A stretch of 64,000 bases of DNA from an uncultured Lentisphaerota bacterium (GTDB lineage Bacteria > Verrucomicrobiota > Kiritimatiellia > CAIQIC01), in assembly GCA_903912445.1 (NCBI GenBank), contig CAIWHP010000084.1, positions 3,621-67,620 of the forward strand, written 5' to 3'. Positions 50,564 to 59,115 of the stretch are shown here, piece by piece. The number at the start of each line of letters is the position of its first letter. Position 1 is the stretch's first letter. Both the position numbers and the translations under genes were made by a program. The notes beneath the pieces are model-generated. The model ran no database searches, had not been told where the DNA came from, and saw nothing but the letters and a program-made list of their open reading frames with translations.

Positions 50564-51838
50564 TCAAGGCTCGCGCGGCTGCAGCCAGCCACGCGCGGCC
50601 AGGTCGCGCTCCAGATATTCCGCGAGCACGCGGTGGCCGGCGGGCGCCGGGTGCATAAAGTGGACGCCAAAGTTCGCGGGATATTTCCCCGCGGCAATTT
50701 CGTGGCGGGTGTTGAACATCTCCACGCCGGTCTCGCGGCAGAGTTGCCGGATTTCCGGCCCGAGCGGACCGAACAACAAGAGGTGAAAGTGATGCTCGCG
50801 GCTCATCTGGAGCATGTTCTGCAGCGCGCGCCGCACGCCGCTTTCCTCCACGCCATCCTTGATACCCTGCAACAAGGCGTCCTGGTTGAAATCACGCCGC
50901 TCGGTAAAGCGCACGCCCGTCCACTCGCGCAGAAAAAGCTGGCGCCGGAAAATCAGGCGCAACACATAGGAGACGTCGCGACGGTGGAAGTTCGCCTTTT
51001 CCAACATGAAAAACGGCAGGTCGAAATCGTTTTCGCACCAGCCGACAATGACGATATCGGGCTGGTAGGCCAGCGCCTTGCGCCGCAGAGTCTCGCTTTC
51101 GAGCTGTGTGTTATAGCCCGGCACCGCGAAGTTCATGACTTCGCAGACAACGCCCGCGAGGTGTTGGTTCAGGTTCCGCTCCAGCACCGTCAGGTAGGGT
51201 TCGTCCTGCTCCACGTCCCAGCCGAACATGCCGCTATCGCCGATGCCCACGATCCGCAGGCTGTGGGGAGCGCGCGCCAGGGGATAGTCTTTGTCGGCGC
51301 GCAGGCCGAGGTGGTTAATGTGCACGCGGTGATGGCCAAAATCCATTTCGAGATCGGGTTGCAGGTCATAGACGATCTGCGGATCGTCGGAAGGCCGGAT
51401 GATTTCGGACAGCGGGTGCGTCGTGTTCACGGACGGTTTCTTGCCCGCCCGAAACGCGGTCTTCAGGCGGTCCAGCGAATTGAACTCCCGCTGCGAGATC
51501 AGATAGGCGCGCAGGCCCACCTCGCACACGACCAGCGGCAGCGCAATACTGAACGCCAGCATCACCAGCTTGCCGGCGAAGTGCGCCCAGTCGCGCGCGG
51601 TGTTGCGGCGTAACCGGAGCAAAATCCAACCGACGAGCCAGGCGCCGCAACCGACGATGAAATATTTCAACGGATGTCCCGCGTAGATGCCGTGACTGCG
51701 CCAGAAGAACCACGCCGTCTCGCCGCCCTTGATGAACATCAGCGCCAGCTTCAAAACCATCAGCGCGGCCAGCAGCAAAAAGCACACGGCGGCAAACAGG
51801 CGCGCGGCATGCAGCCAGCGGGCTTCGGAGTGCATCAC
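50564..51838 (-). CDS. Membrane-anchored SGNH/GDSL hydrolase
   Basis: N-terminal TM helices; INHLGLR, IGDSGMFG, NFAVPGYNT, END, MHPAPAGH. Confidence 0.85.
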   Translation of the reverse strand: MMHSEARWLHAARLFAAVCFLLLAALMVLKLALMFIKGGETAWFFWRSHGIYAGHPLKYFIVGCGAWLVGWILLRLRRNTARDWAHFAGKLVMLAFSIALPLVVCEVGLRAYLISQREFNSLDRLKTAFRAGKKPSVNTTHPLSEIIRPSDDPQIVYDLQPDLEMDFGHHRVHINHLGLRADKDYPLARAPHSLRIVGIGDSGMFGWDVEQDEPYLTVLERNLNQHLAGVVCEVMNFAVPGYNTQLESETLRRKALAYQPDIVIVGWCENDFDLPFFMLEKANFHRRDVSYVLRLIFRRQLFLREWTGVRFTERRDFNQDALLQGIKDGVEESGVRRALQNMLQMSREHHFHLLLFGPLGPEIRQLCRETGVEMFNTRHEIAAGKYPANFGVHFMHPAPAGHRVLAEYLERDLAARGWLQPREP

Positions 51839-52003
51839 GCGAACCTCGTCACGACGCAGCGCTCGCGTTTCCGGTGGCTCGAACGCTGCTTTTCAAAAAT
51901 GATATTCGGCATGAATTTTCTCGCGGTGCAGAGGCGCGGTTCTATAACACACCGTCCCGTCCGCCGCAACGCGGAGCGCTCCGCCGGCTGCGGGGCGTGA
52001 CGT

Positions 52004-52084
52004 TTCCAGGCAGTGGAAAACCGGAACGCTAGCTTTTCCACTACTTGGAAAAACCATGGGTTCCCGTTTTCAATGCTTGGAAAA
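52004..52084. repeat. TTCCAA-N3-TTGGAA cluster (3 degenerate copies)
   Basis: copies at 52004, 52036, 52068 (32 bp period). Confidence 0.8.
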
Positions 52085-52100
52085 CTTCAGCGCGTCGCCA

Positions 52101-52539
52101 CGCGAGCGCGCCGACCACCGCGAAACCGCCCACGAGGATCTTCGCCCACTGCTGCTGATCCTTGGCCTCCGCACCGCCGCGCCGTTCTCGGCGGCGAGCG
52201 CGTAAGGCGTTACGACACTCAAGCGGCGCGTCGTGTGGCGGCAGTTGACGTGTGCGAGTTCGTGGGCCATGACCGCGGCCATCTTGTCATCGTCGTGCAC
52301 AAGTCCGCGCCGCGGATCATAAAGCCCCGCGAAGACCATCATCGGCCCGCCGGGAAACGCGGCGGCGTTGACGATGTTCGTGTGAAAGAGCGTGACTGTG
52401 CAGGGCATGTTCGGCAGGTGCATCACGGCGCCGATGCGGTGGACGATGGTGTTGAGCTGCGCGACGCGCACCGGATCGGTGGCGCAGCCGTTGAGTCCGA
52501 CGAGCGCGAGGAACAGAAACAGCTGTAAAACTTTTTCAT
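52101..52539 (-). pseudogene. Decayed paralog of the M48 peptidase at 48933-49799
   Basis: Near-identical RVAQLNTIVHRIGAV.HLPNMP..AHELAHVNCRHTT; frameshifts near the start and at about 52170; DPV-to-DPV internal deletion; truncated after GALA. Confidence 0.85.
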
Positions 52540-52665
52540 CATCCGAACGGAACGTGCGAGGCAAGCGCGGGAACGCTGCGCAAGTTCGCTGGGAATGACA
52601 AGAGTTTTGTGCCGCGCTCTCTCCGGTGCAGTCGTCCGTCACACGGCACGCGCACAAGCTAATTG

Positions 52666-52688
52666 CGCCGGGATCGCCGATCCCGGCG
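52666..52688. repeat. Palindromic hairpin downstream of gcvPB (REP-like or terminator)
   Basis: cgccgggatcg-c-cgatcccggcg. Confidence 0.5.
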
Positions 52689-52741
52689 AAACCAGCGAGG
52701 CCCTTGGATGCGAAACCGCGGCCGCAGTCCGCACCCGCGAA

Positions 52742-54202
52742 CTATTTCGCGTTCGCGGGCTTGAAGACCAAATCCATGTTCTTGGCGGCGGCGACCTCGT
52801 CGAGGCGCCCGACGGGCATGGTGACGGGCGCGCGGTGGAGCGCGTCGGGGTCGCGCTGGGCCAGCGCGACCAGCTCGGCCACGGTTTGCACGAAGGTGTC
52901 GAGCGTCTCGCGGCTCTCGCTCTCGGTCGGCTCGACCATGATGGCCTCGGGGACGTTGAGCGGGAAGTAGATCGTCGGCGGATGGATGCCGCGGTCCACC
53001 AGGCCCTTCGCGAGGTCGAGCGTGTGGACGCCGGTGGCCTTGAGCGGCTCGCCGCTGAACACGCACTCGTGCATGCAGCGGCCGGGCGCGACGGCCTTGA
53101 GCAGCGGGCGCAGCTTTTCCTGGATGTAGTTGGCGTTGAGCACGGCCGCGTCGCTGGTCTCGCGCAGGCCCTCCCGGCCGAGCATCAACAGGTAGGCGTA
53201 GGCCCGCACGATCACGCCGAAGTTGCCGTAGAACGGCGCGATGTAGCCGATGCTCTTGGGCGCGTCGTAGTCCAGCACGAACGTGCCGTCGCCGCGCTTG
53301 ACCACGCGCGAGATCGGCAGGAACGGCCGCAGCTTCTCGACGACGCCGACCGGGCCGGCACCGGGCCCGCCGCCGCCGTGCGGCGTGGAGAAGCTCTTGT
53401 GCAGGTTGAGCTGGCAGAGATCGAAGCCGATCTGGCCGGGCTTCACGCGGCCCAGGATCGCGTTGAGGTTCGCGCCGTCGTAGTACATCAGCCCGTCCAC
53501 GCCGTGGATGATGTCCGCGATCTCGGTGAGATGGTCCACGAACAGGCCGAGCGTCGAGGGGCAGGTCATCATCAGGCCCGCGGTCTCGCTGTTGACCGCC
53601 GCGCGGAGCGCGTCGAGGTGCATGTTCCCCTGCGCGTCGGAGGGCACCGTGCGTACGTCGTAGCCGCCGATCGCGGCGCTCGCGGGGTTCGTGCCGTGCG
53701 CGCTGTCCGGGATCAGGATGTGCGTCTTCTTGTTGCCGCGGTCGCGGTGGTAGGCGGCCATGATCATGCAGCCGGTGAGCTCGCCGTGCGCGCCGGCCAG
53801 CGGCTGGAGCGTGAACTCCGCCATGCCGCAGATTTCGGAGAGCATCCGCTCGGTTTCGTGGAGCAGCTGCAGCGCGCCCTGCGTCAGCAGCCCGCCGTGC
53901 CGGAGCTGCGGCCAGAGCGGGTGCAGGTCGGAGAGTCCGGGCAGGGCGCAGGCCACCTCGCACGCCTTCGGGTTGTACTTCATCGTGCAGGAGCCGAGCG
54001 GGTAGAAGTGCGTGTCCACCGAGAAATTCCGGCGGCTCAGCTCCGTGTAGTGCCGCACCACGTCCAGCTCGCTCAGCTCCGGCAGCGCCGCCGGCTGCGC
54101 GCGCAGCAGCTTGGGGTTGATCTTCGGCCGCGCATCGTCGCCCCGCTTCGGCAGCCGCACCGCCCGCCGCCCCGCCACGCTCTTCTCGTAAATCAGTTGC
54201 AT
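52742..54202 (-). CDS. gcvPB: Glycine dehydrogenase (decarboxylating) subunit 2
   Basis: YPLGSCTMKYNPK, SAHGTNPASA, YYDGANLNA, NLHKSFSTPHGGGGPG, EPTESE. Confidence 0.96.
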   Translation of the reverse strand: MQLIYEKSVAGRRAVRLPKRGDDARPKINPKLLRAQPAALPELSELDVVRHYTELSRRNFSVDTHFYPLGSCTMKYNPKACEVACALPGLSDLHPLWPQLRHGGLLTQGALQLLHETERMLSEICGMAEFTLQPLAGAHGELTGCMIMAAYHRDRGNKKTHILIPDSAHGTNPASAAIGGYDVRTVPSDAQGNMHLDALRAAVNSETAGLMMTCPSTLGLFVDHLTEIADIIHGVDGLMYYDGANLNAILGRVKPGQIGFDLCQLNLHKSFSTPHGGGGPGAGPVGVVEKLRPFLPISRVVKRGDGTFVLDYDAPKSIGYIAPFYGNFGVIVRAYAYLLMLGREGLRETSDAAVLNANYIQEKLRPLLKAVAPGRCMHECVFSGEPLKATGVHTLDLAKGLVDRGIHPPTIYFPLNVPEAIMVEPTESESRETLDTFVQTVAELVALAQRDPDALHRAPVTMPVGRLDEVAAAKNMDLVFKPANAK

Positions 54203-54229
54203 GATAACCTCGGATGTAAACAAAATTGG

Positions 54230-55573
54230 TTACTTCAAAACGCTTTCCAGGTGCGCCGCGAGGATGTCGACCTCGGCCTTGGTCCGCTTCTCGGTGCAGG
54301 CCAGCAGCAGCACGTTCTGCATCCCGGCGTAGTAGCGGCCGACCGGGAAGCCCGCCGCGATGCCGCGCTCGATCAGCGCGCTGATCACCTCGCCGGCATC
54401 GCGGGGCAGGGTGACGGCGAACTCGTTGAAGAAGTGCCGGTCGGCGTAGGTCGCCTTGACACCCGGGATCGCGCGCAGGCGGTCGAACGCGTAGGCCGCG
54501 CGGGCGGCGCACTGGTAGGCGCACCGGGCGAAGCCCTCCTTGCCCATCAGCGCCAGGTAGATCGTCGCCCGCAGCGCGCAGAGCCCCTCGTTCGTGCAGA
54601 TGTTGCTCATCGCCTTCTCGCGCCGGATGTGCTGCTCGCGCGCCTGCAGCGTCAGCACGAAGCCGCGCCGCCCCTGCGCGTCGTGCGTCGCGCCCACGAT
54701 GCGGCCGGGCATCTTGCGCACATACTGCTTGCGCGTGGCCATGAACCCGAGGTAGGGCCCGCCGAACGAGAGCGGCAGCCCGAGGCTCTGGCCCTCGCCC
54801 GTCACCACGTCTGCGCCCATCGCGCCCGGCGTCTGCACCATGCCCAGCGACATCGGATAGACCGAGAACACCGCCAGCGCGCCCACGGCGTGCGCCGCCG
54901 CGACCAGCCCCGACAGGTCGTCGAGGCAGCCGAAGAAGTTCGGGTTCTGCACCAGCACCGCGGCGACGGTCTTGTCCAGTTTCGCCGTGAACGCCGCGAG
55001 GTCGGCCAGTCCGCCCGCGAGCGGGACCTCCTCGTAGGCGATCGACAGGTTCGCCGTGTAGCACTTGAGCATCGTGCGGTAGATCGGGTTGACGCCCTCG
55101 CAGACCAGCACCTTGTTGCGGCCCGTGATGCGCAGCGCCATCATCAGTCCCTCGAACAGCGCCGTGCCGCCGTCGTAGAGCGACGCGTTGGCCACCTCCA
55201 TGTCGGTCAGCCGCGCGATCGCGGTCTGATATTCATAGATGGCCTGCAGCGTCCCCTGCGACGCTTCCGGCTGGTAGGGCGTATAGGCCGTGAAAAATTC
55301 GCCGCGGCTCGCCAGCGCGTCCACCGCTGCCGGGATGAAGTGATCGTAGAAGCCGCCGCCGCAGAAGTTGGTCAGTGTCGAGTTCTTTGCCGCCAGGGAG
55401 CGCAGCACCTGGAGCATTTCCAGCTCCGAGCGCCCCTCCGGCACCTTGAAATCCGCCGTCTGGAACTCCGCCGGCACATCCGCAAACAGCTCATCGAAGC
55501 TCTTGGCCCCGATGGTCGCCAGCATCTCCCGCTGCTCCGCGCTGCCCGAACCCAAGAACGTTGTGTGTGACAT
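54230..55573 (-). CDS. gcvPA: Glycine dehydrogenase (decarboxylating) subunit 1
   Basis: FTAYTPYQPEASQGTLQ, NASLYDG, SFGGPYLG, REQHIRREKAMSNICTN. Confidence 0.96.
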   Translation of the reverse strand: MSHTTFLGSGSAEQREMLATIGAKSFDELFADVPAEFQTADFKVPEGRSELEMLQVLRSLAAKNSTLTNFCGGGFYDHFIPAAVDALASRGEFFTAYTPYQPEASQGTLQAIYEYQTAIARLTDMEVANASLYDGGTALFEGLMMALRITGRNKVLVCEGVNPIYRTMLKCYTANLSIAYEEVPLAGGLADLAAFTAKLDKTVAAVLVQNPNFFGCLDDLSGLVAAAHAVGALAVFSVYPMSLGMVQTPGAMGADVVTGEGQSLGLPLSFGGPYLGFMATRKQYVRKMPGRIVGATHDAQGRRGFVLTLQAREQHIRREKAMSNICTNEGLCALRATIYLALMGKEGFARCAYQCAARAAYAFDRLRAIPGVKATYADRHFFNEFAVTLPRDAGEVISALIERGIAAGFPVGRYYAGMQNVLLLACTEKRTKAEVDILAAHLESVLK

Positions 55574-55620
55574 GAGTCTACTCCTGAAATTCGCCGCAGA
55601 CTCTACTCGCCCGCCAGCCG

Positions 55621-55670
55621 TTTTCCAAGGCTTGGAAATGGATCAGCCCGCTTTTCCAAGGCTTGGAAAA
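55621..55670. repeat. TTCCAA-N3-TTGGAA cluster (2 perfect copies)
   Basis: copies at 55623 and 55654. Confidence 0.9.
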
Positions 55671-55849
55671 GTGCGCGCAAGGAAGCGCGGAAGGGAAACA
55701 TCCAGTCGAGCCGGCCTCTCGACCGGATGACGAAGCAGCTCCCCCGAGATCAAAAACAAAAACTAATCGCAGGATATCGAGCAAGGGATGCCGAACGATG
55801 AAAGGGCCGGTTTCTGCAGCGGCGACAGGCGGACGCGGTCGCGGAGTGT

Positions 55850-57682
55850 TCAATACGGCAGGATGAGAGCGCTTTTTCCCGCCAGTGTTGTCACCACGCC
55901 TGCTGGTGAGATTTTTCGGATCGTGCAGTCGTCCTCGTCGGCCACAAAGACGTTGCCCGACTTATCCACGGCTACGCTGGTGGGTGAATTAAAGCGCGCG
56001 CCGTTGCCCGTACCATCCACGCTGCCATACTCCCCTGCGGTGCCAGCCAGCGTGGTGACCACACCGTTTGGCGTGATCTTTCTGACCGTGCAATTGCCCA
56101 GTTCAGTCAAATAGAGATTACCTGCTAGATCCACAGCCAAACCCGCCGGCCAACAAAACCGTGCCAGATGGCAGGGGCCGTCCAGGCTGCCCTTCTCCCC
56201 GGCGCGGCCCGCCCAGGTGGTAACGACACGCGCAGGCGTGATCTTCCGAATCGTATGGCTCCCCCAATCTGCCACGAACAGGTTTCCCGTCCGGTCCATG
56301 GCTATGCCCGCTGGCGCAGTGAAGCGAGCCGACGCGCCGGCGCCGTCGGCATGGCCCTGGTTCCCTGCGCTCCCGGCGAAGGTTGTCACCTCTCCAGCAG
56401 GGGTCATCTTTCGGATCGTGCAATCGCTGCGGTCAGTCACAAACACATTGCCAGTGCTGTCCACGACCAGATCACCTGGGCGTCGGAACCGCGCAGCGCT
56501 CCCCGTGCCATCGGTGCTGCCCTTCTCTCCGGCGCAACCGGCGAGTGTCGTCACCACGCCCTCCGGCGTAACTTTCCGAATGACCTTGTCATAGTCGTCC
56601 GTCACATAGAGATTGCCTGCTTGGTCGATGGCGATGCCGGAAGGTTCGTTAAACCGCGCCGCGTTGCCCGTCCCATCGACTGTCCCGCACATTTCCGCCG
56701 CGTTGCCCACGAACGTCGTGACCACACCTTTGGGCGTCACCTTCCGAAGCACCCGGTTGCGATTATCCACCACAGAGAGGTTGCCCGCAGCATCCACGAC
56801 CACCCCGCAAGGTGCATTGAAACGTGCCACGGTGCCCGCGCCGTCCACGTAACGCGGTTCTTCCACGCGGACATCCGCATCCATCCAAGCTCGATATCTC
56901 GAATAATGTTCATGAAATTCTTTATAGGTGGTGGTCAGGTACTCGTTAAATTTCCCATTCAGGAAAAACTCGGCTGGATTGCCCTTGCCATCCAACTTGA
57001 TTTCAAGACAATCACGGTTCGGGCTGTTTTGCACCTGGATATACTTGGTCGGCTGCCCGGTGAGCGGCTCCCGCTCCAGCCGAACTTCACGGGTCTTATA
57101 GTTCCTGGAAAAAAGTTCATAGTGGTAGCCGAAGTTTTTGCCTGCCCTCGTCTCTGCTTCCTTGATGGAATCGTAGAGTTCATGGTGAAACTCGTAGTGA
57201 AACATCGCTGCATGCTCCACCGACAGGCGAATGCGCATAATGGCGACATCATCATCGCTAAGACGATGCAGCAGATTCGTCGCCTCGTAACCATCCACGG
57301 TCCACCAGTCCTGCGCAGCATTTCTCGAAACATGTAAACAGAAATCGGCCAGACGGCCATCTTTTGCGGAGCCATACCAGGCGATTTTATCGAAGCTGTT
57401 CGTCGCTTTCCGATGCAGTATCCCGCCCCAAGCTTGTCTGGCTGTGGGCACGAGAGATTGGCCCCCCGGGAAGGAGCGTGTGTCATCGCGACAAAACTCA
57501 AGCAACCGCTCGATGGGCCAGCGTTCCTCCAGTAAGCGCGTGACTGCCTCGGGCGAAGAAAGGCCCGCTGGCTCGAGTGGTGTCTGGCAGCCAGCAAACG
57601 GCAAGAACATGCCGCCAAAAATAACGACACCGCACAAGCCGCTCACCGCATGTCCGGCGCTTCCGTTAATGCGACTCCTCAA
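55850..57682 (-). CDS. NHL-repeat beta-propeller protein (probable lipoprotein) with unique N-terminal half
   Basis: Six DG.G..ARF..P.G.AVD..GN.YV.D....IRKITP.G.VTT.AG repeats; FAGC lipobox-like; visibly lower GC; start uncertain. Confidence 0.85.
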   Translation of the reverse strand: MRSRINGSAGHAVSGLCGVVIFGGMFLPFAGCQTPLEPAGLSSPEAVTRLLEERWPIERLLEFCRDDTRSFPGGQSLVPTARQAWGGILHRKATNSFDKIAWYGSAKDGRLADFCLHVSRNAAQDWWTVDGYEATNLLHRLSDDDVAIMRIRLSVEHAAMFHYEFHHELYDSIKEAETRAGKNFGYHYELFSRNYKTREVRLEREPLTGQPTKYIQVQNSPNRDCLEIKLDGKGNPAEFFLNGKFNEYLTTTYKEFHEHYSRYRAWMDADVRVEEPRYVDGAGTVARFNAPCGVVVDAAGNLSVVDNRNRVLRKVTPKGVVTTFVGNAAEMCGTVDGTGNAARFNEPSGIAIDQAGNLYVTDDYDKVIRKVTPEGVVTTLAGCAGEKGSTDGTGSAARFRRPGDLVVDSTGNVFVTDRSDCTIRKMTPAGEVTTFAGSAGNQGHADGAGASARFTAPAGIAMDRTGNLFVADWGSHTIRKITPARVVTTWAGRAGEKGSLDGPCHLARFCWPAGLAVDLAGNLYLTELGNCTVRKITPNGVVTTLAGTAGEYGSVDGTGNGARFNSPTSVAVDKSGNVFVADEDDCTIRKISPAGVVTTLAGKSALILPY

Positions 57683-57715
57683 TAGCGTTCCTCTTAACCC
57701 TAAACGCTGACGGGG

Positions 57716-58162
57716 CTACCCGGCGCCCAAGGCTTCGATGTCAGCCAGATCTTTCTTGCGGCCGGCGGCGCGTTTATTTGCAATGAATTGTTCGCGACCG
57801 ATGAAAAAGACTGGCACATCGCCGTAGGTTCCGGCGGCTTTGTGGGCGGCAGCTTCCTCCCACGAGACACCCGAGATGGAGGTGATCAGGTCAATACGCA
57901 CTGGCGGCATACCCAGCTGAACGACCTTGTCGGGAGAATGAAAATCTTCAGCCGCAAGACCCGGCAAATTGAAGCCGAACGCCTCAAGGGCACGCATGAT
58001 GCGCTGGGCATTCTCAGGGTGCGGACGAACAAAAACGTCAATATCTCCTGTAAAGCGCGGAGCACCGTGGAAGGCCAAGGCGAATCCGCCGACGATGAGG
58101 TATTCAACCTTTTGCTCGTTCAACAACACGAGCAGCTCTTTGAAGTCGGGCTGTATTTCCAT
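57716..58162 (-). CDS. Nucleotidyltransferase-fold protein (DUF6036-like; possible TA component)
   Basis: YLIVGGFALAFHGAPRFTGDIDVFV, RIDL, NKRAAGRKKDLADIE. Confidence 0.8.
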   Translation of the reverse strand: MEIQPDFKELLVLLNEQKVEYLIVGGFALAFHGAPRFTGDIDVFVRPHPENAQRIMRALEAFGFNLPGLAAEDFHSPDKVVQLGMPPVRIDLITSISGVSWEEAAAHKAAGTYGDVPVFFIGREQFIANKRAAGRKKDLADIEALGAG

Positions 58163-58289
58163 AAAATTGCCGGCGAAGGATTTCGACCGCGCTGACGCGC
58201 TCTTCGGGCGGGCGGCTCAACCAGTAGGCGAGATCTCGCCGCGTGGAGCCGTCACGCAGGCTGTGCTTGGATATGACGCGTTGAATCAC
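58104..58289 (-). CDS. Small partner protein of the nucleotidyltransferase (putative antitoxin-like)
   Basis: 61 aa from GTG 58289; DLAYWLSRPPEERVSAVEILRRQ..RLQR; overlaps the NTase start; TATACT -10 box 6 nt upstream. Confidence 0.7.
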   Translation of the reverse strand: MIQRVISKHSLRDGSTRRDLAYWLSRPPEERVSAVEILRRQFYGNTARLQRAARVVERAKG

Positions 58290-58351
58290 GGCGGCAGTAT
58301 AGCCGATTTGCGCGCGCAGGAAACGCTTTTCCCTCTCGCGCGGACAGAGCT

Positions 58352-58422
58352 TTCCAAGGATTGGAAACAGGCGTTTTTCCAAGCATTGGGAAAACTCACG
58401 CTGCGTGTTTCAGGCCTTGATA
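58352..58422. repeat. TTCCAA-N3-TTGGAA cluster (3 copies)
   Basis: copies at 58352, 58377 and degenerate 58408. Confidence 0.8.
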
Positions 58423-58453
58423 TTGCGCTAAGCATAGAGGGTGAGAGCCTGAC

Positions 58454-58593
58454 ACTAGCTAGGAGCGGTGGTCCCGCCACGGCGGGACCGCCGCAGTGGA
58501 ACCGTCAGGCGTGGGCGTTGCACTCGTGTCTGCGCCCACAGCCAAACGACCCCACTATGCGGGGCGGTGAGGACACCGCCCCTCCCAGCTAGT
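58454..58593. mobile_element. 140-bp MITE/REPIN-like element with inverted ends
   Basis: ACTAGCTAGGAG at left, CTCCCAGCTAGT at right; three internal hairpins. Confidence 0.55.
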
Positions 58594-58662
58594 CGGACAA
58601 CCTCGCGTCTGTTCTTGGCGCAATATCTCCCCTTGGAAAACGTCGGTGCGTGATGAACCGGC

Positions 58663-59115
58663 TCAGCAGGCGCGGCAAGGGCGGGCGCGGGCGGCGGCCG
58701 GCTTCTGCAGGACGCGCAGGTCGTCGCGCGCGGCCCAGCCGGTGTGCAGCCAGAAGGCCTGGCCGCTGGTGTTTTGGCGATAGACGAAGATGTTGCATTT
58801 CTGGATTTTTTGCCGCGCCAGCACCGCGAGGCAGCGCGCGACCAGCTCCGCGCCGATGCCGCGCTTGCGGCGCGTCTGCGCAACCGCGAGATGGTGCAGC
58901 GCGCCGCGCCGGCCGTCGTGGCCGCAGAGCACCGCGCCGACAAGCTGTGCGCCATCGAACGCGACGAAGCTCATGCGGGGGTTGCGGCGCAGAAAGCGCA
59001 GGATGCCGGCGCGCGCGTCATCCGCGGCGTGCAAGCCCATGCCGGGCGTCGCGCGCCAGAGGTGTGTCACTGCGGCATAATCGCGCGGCATCATGCAGCG
59101 GATTTTGATGCTCAT
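58663..59115 (-). CDS. GNAT family N-acetyltransferase
   Basis: LCGHDGRRGALHHLAVAQTRRKRGIG, N..GQAFW..GW; ATGA overlap with upstream GH106 gene. Confidence 0.88.
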   Translation of the reverse strand: MSIKIRCMMPRDYAAVTHLWRATPGMGLHAADDARAGILRFLRRNPRMSFVAFDGAQLVGAVLCGHDGRRGALHHLAVAQTRRKRGIGAELVARCLAVLARQKIQKCNIFVYRQNTSGQAFWLHTGWAARDDLRVLQKPAAARARPCRAC

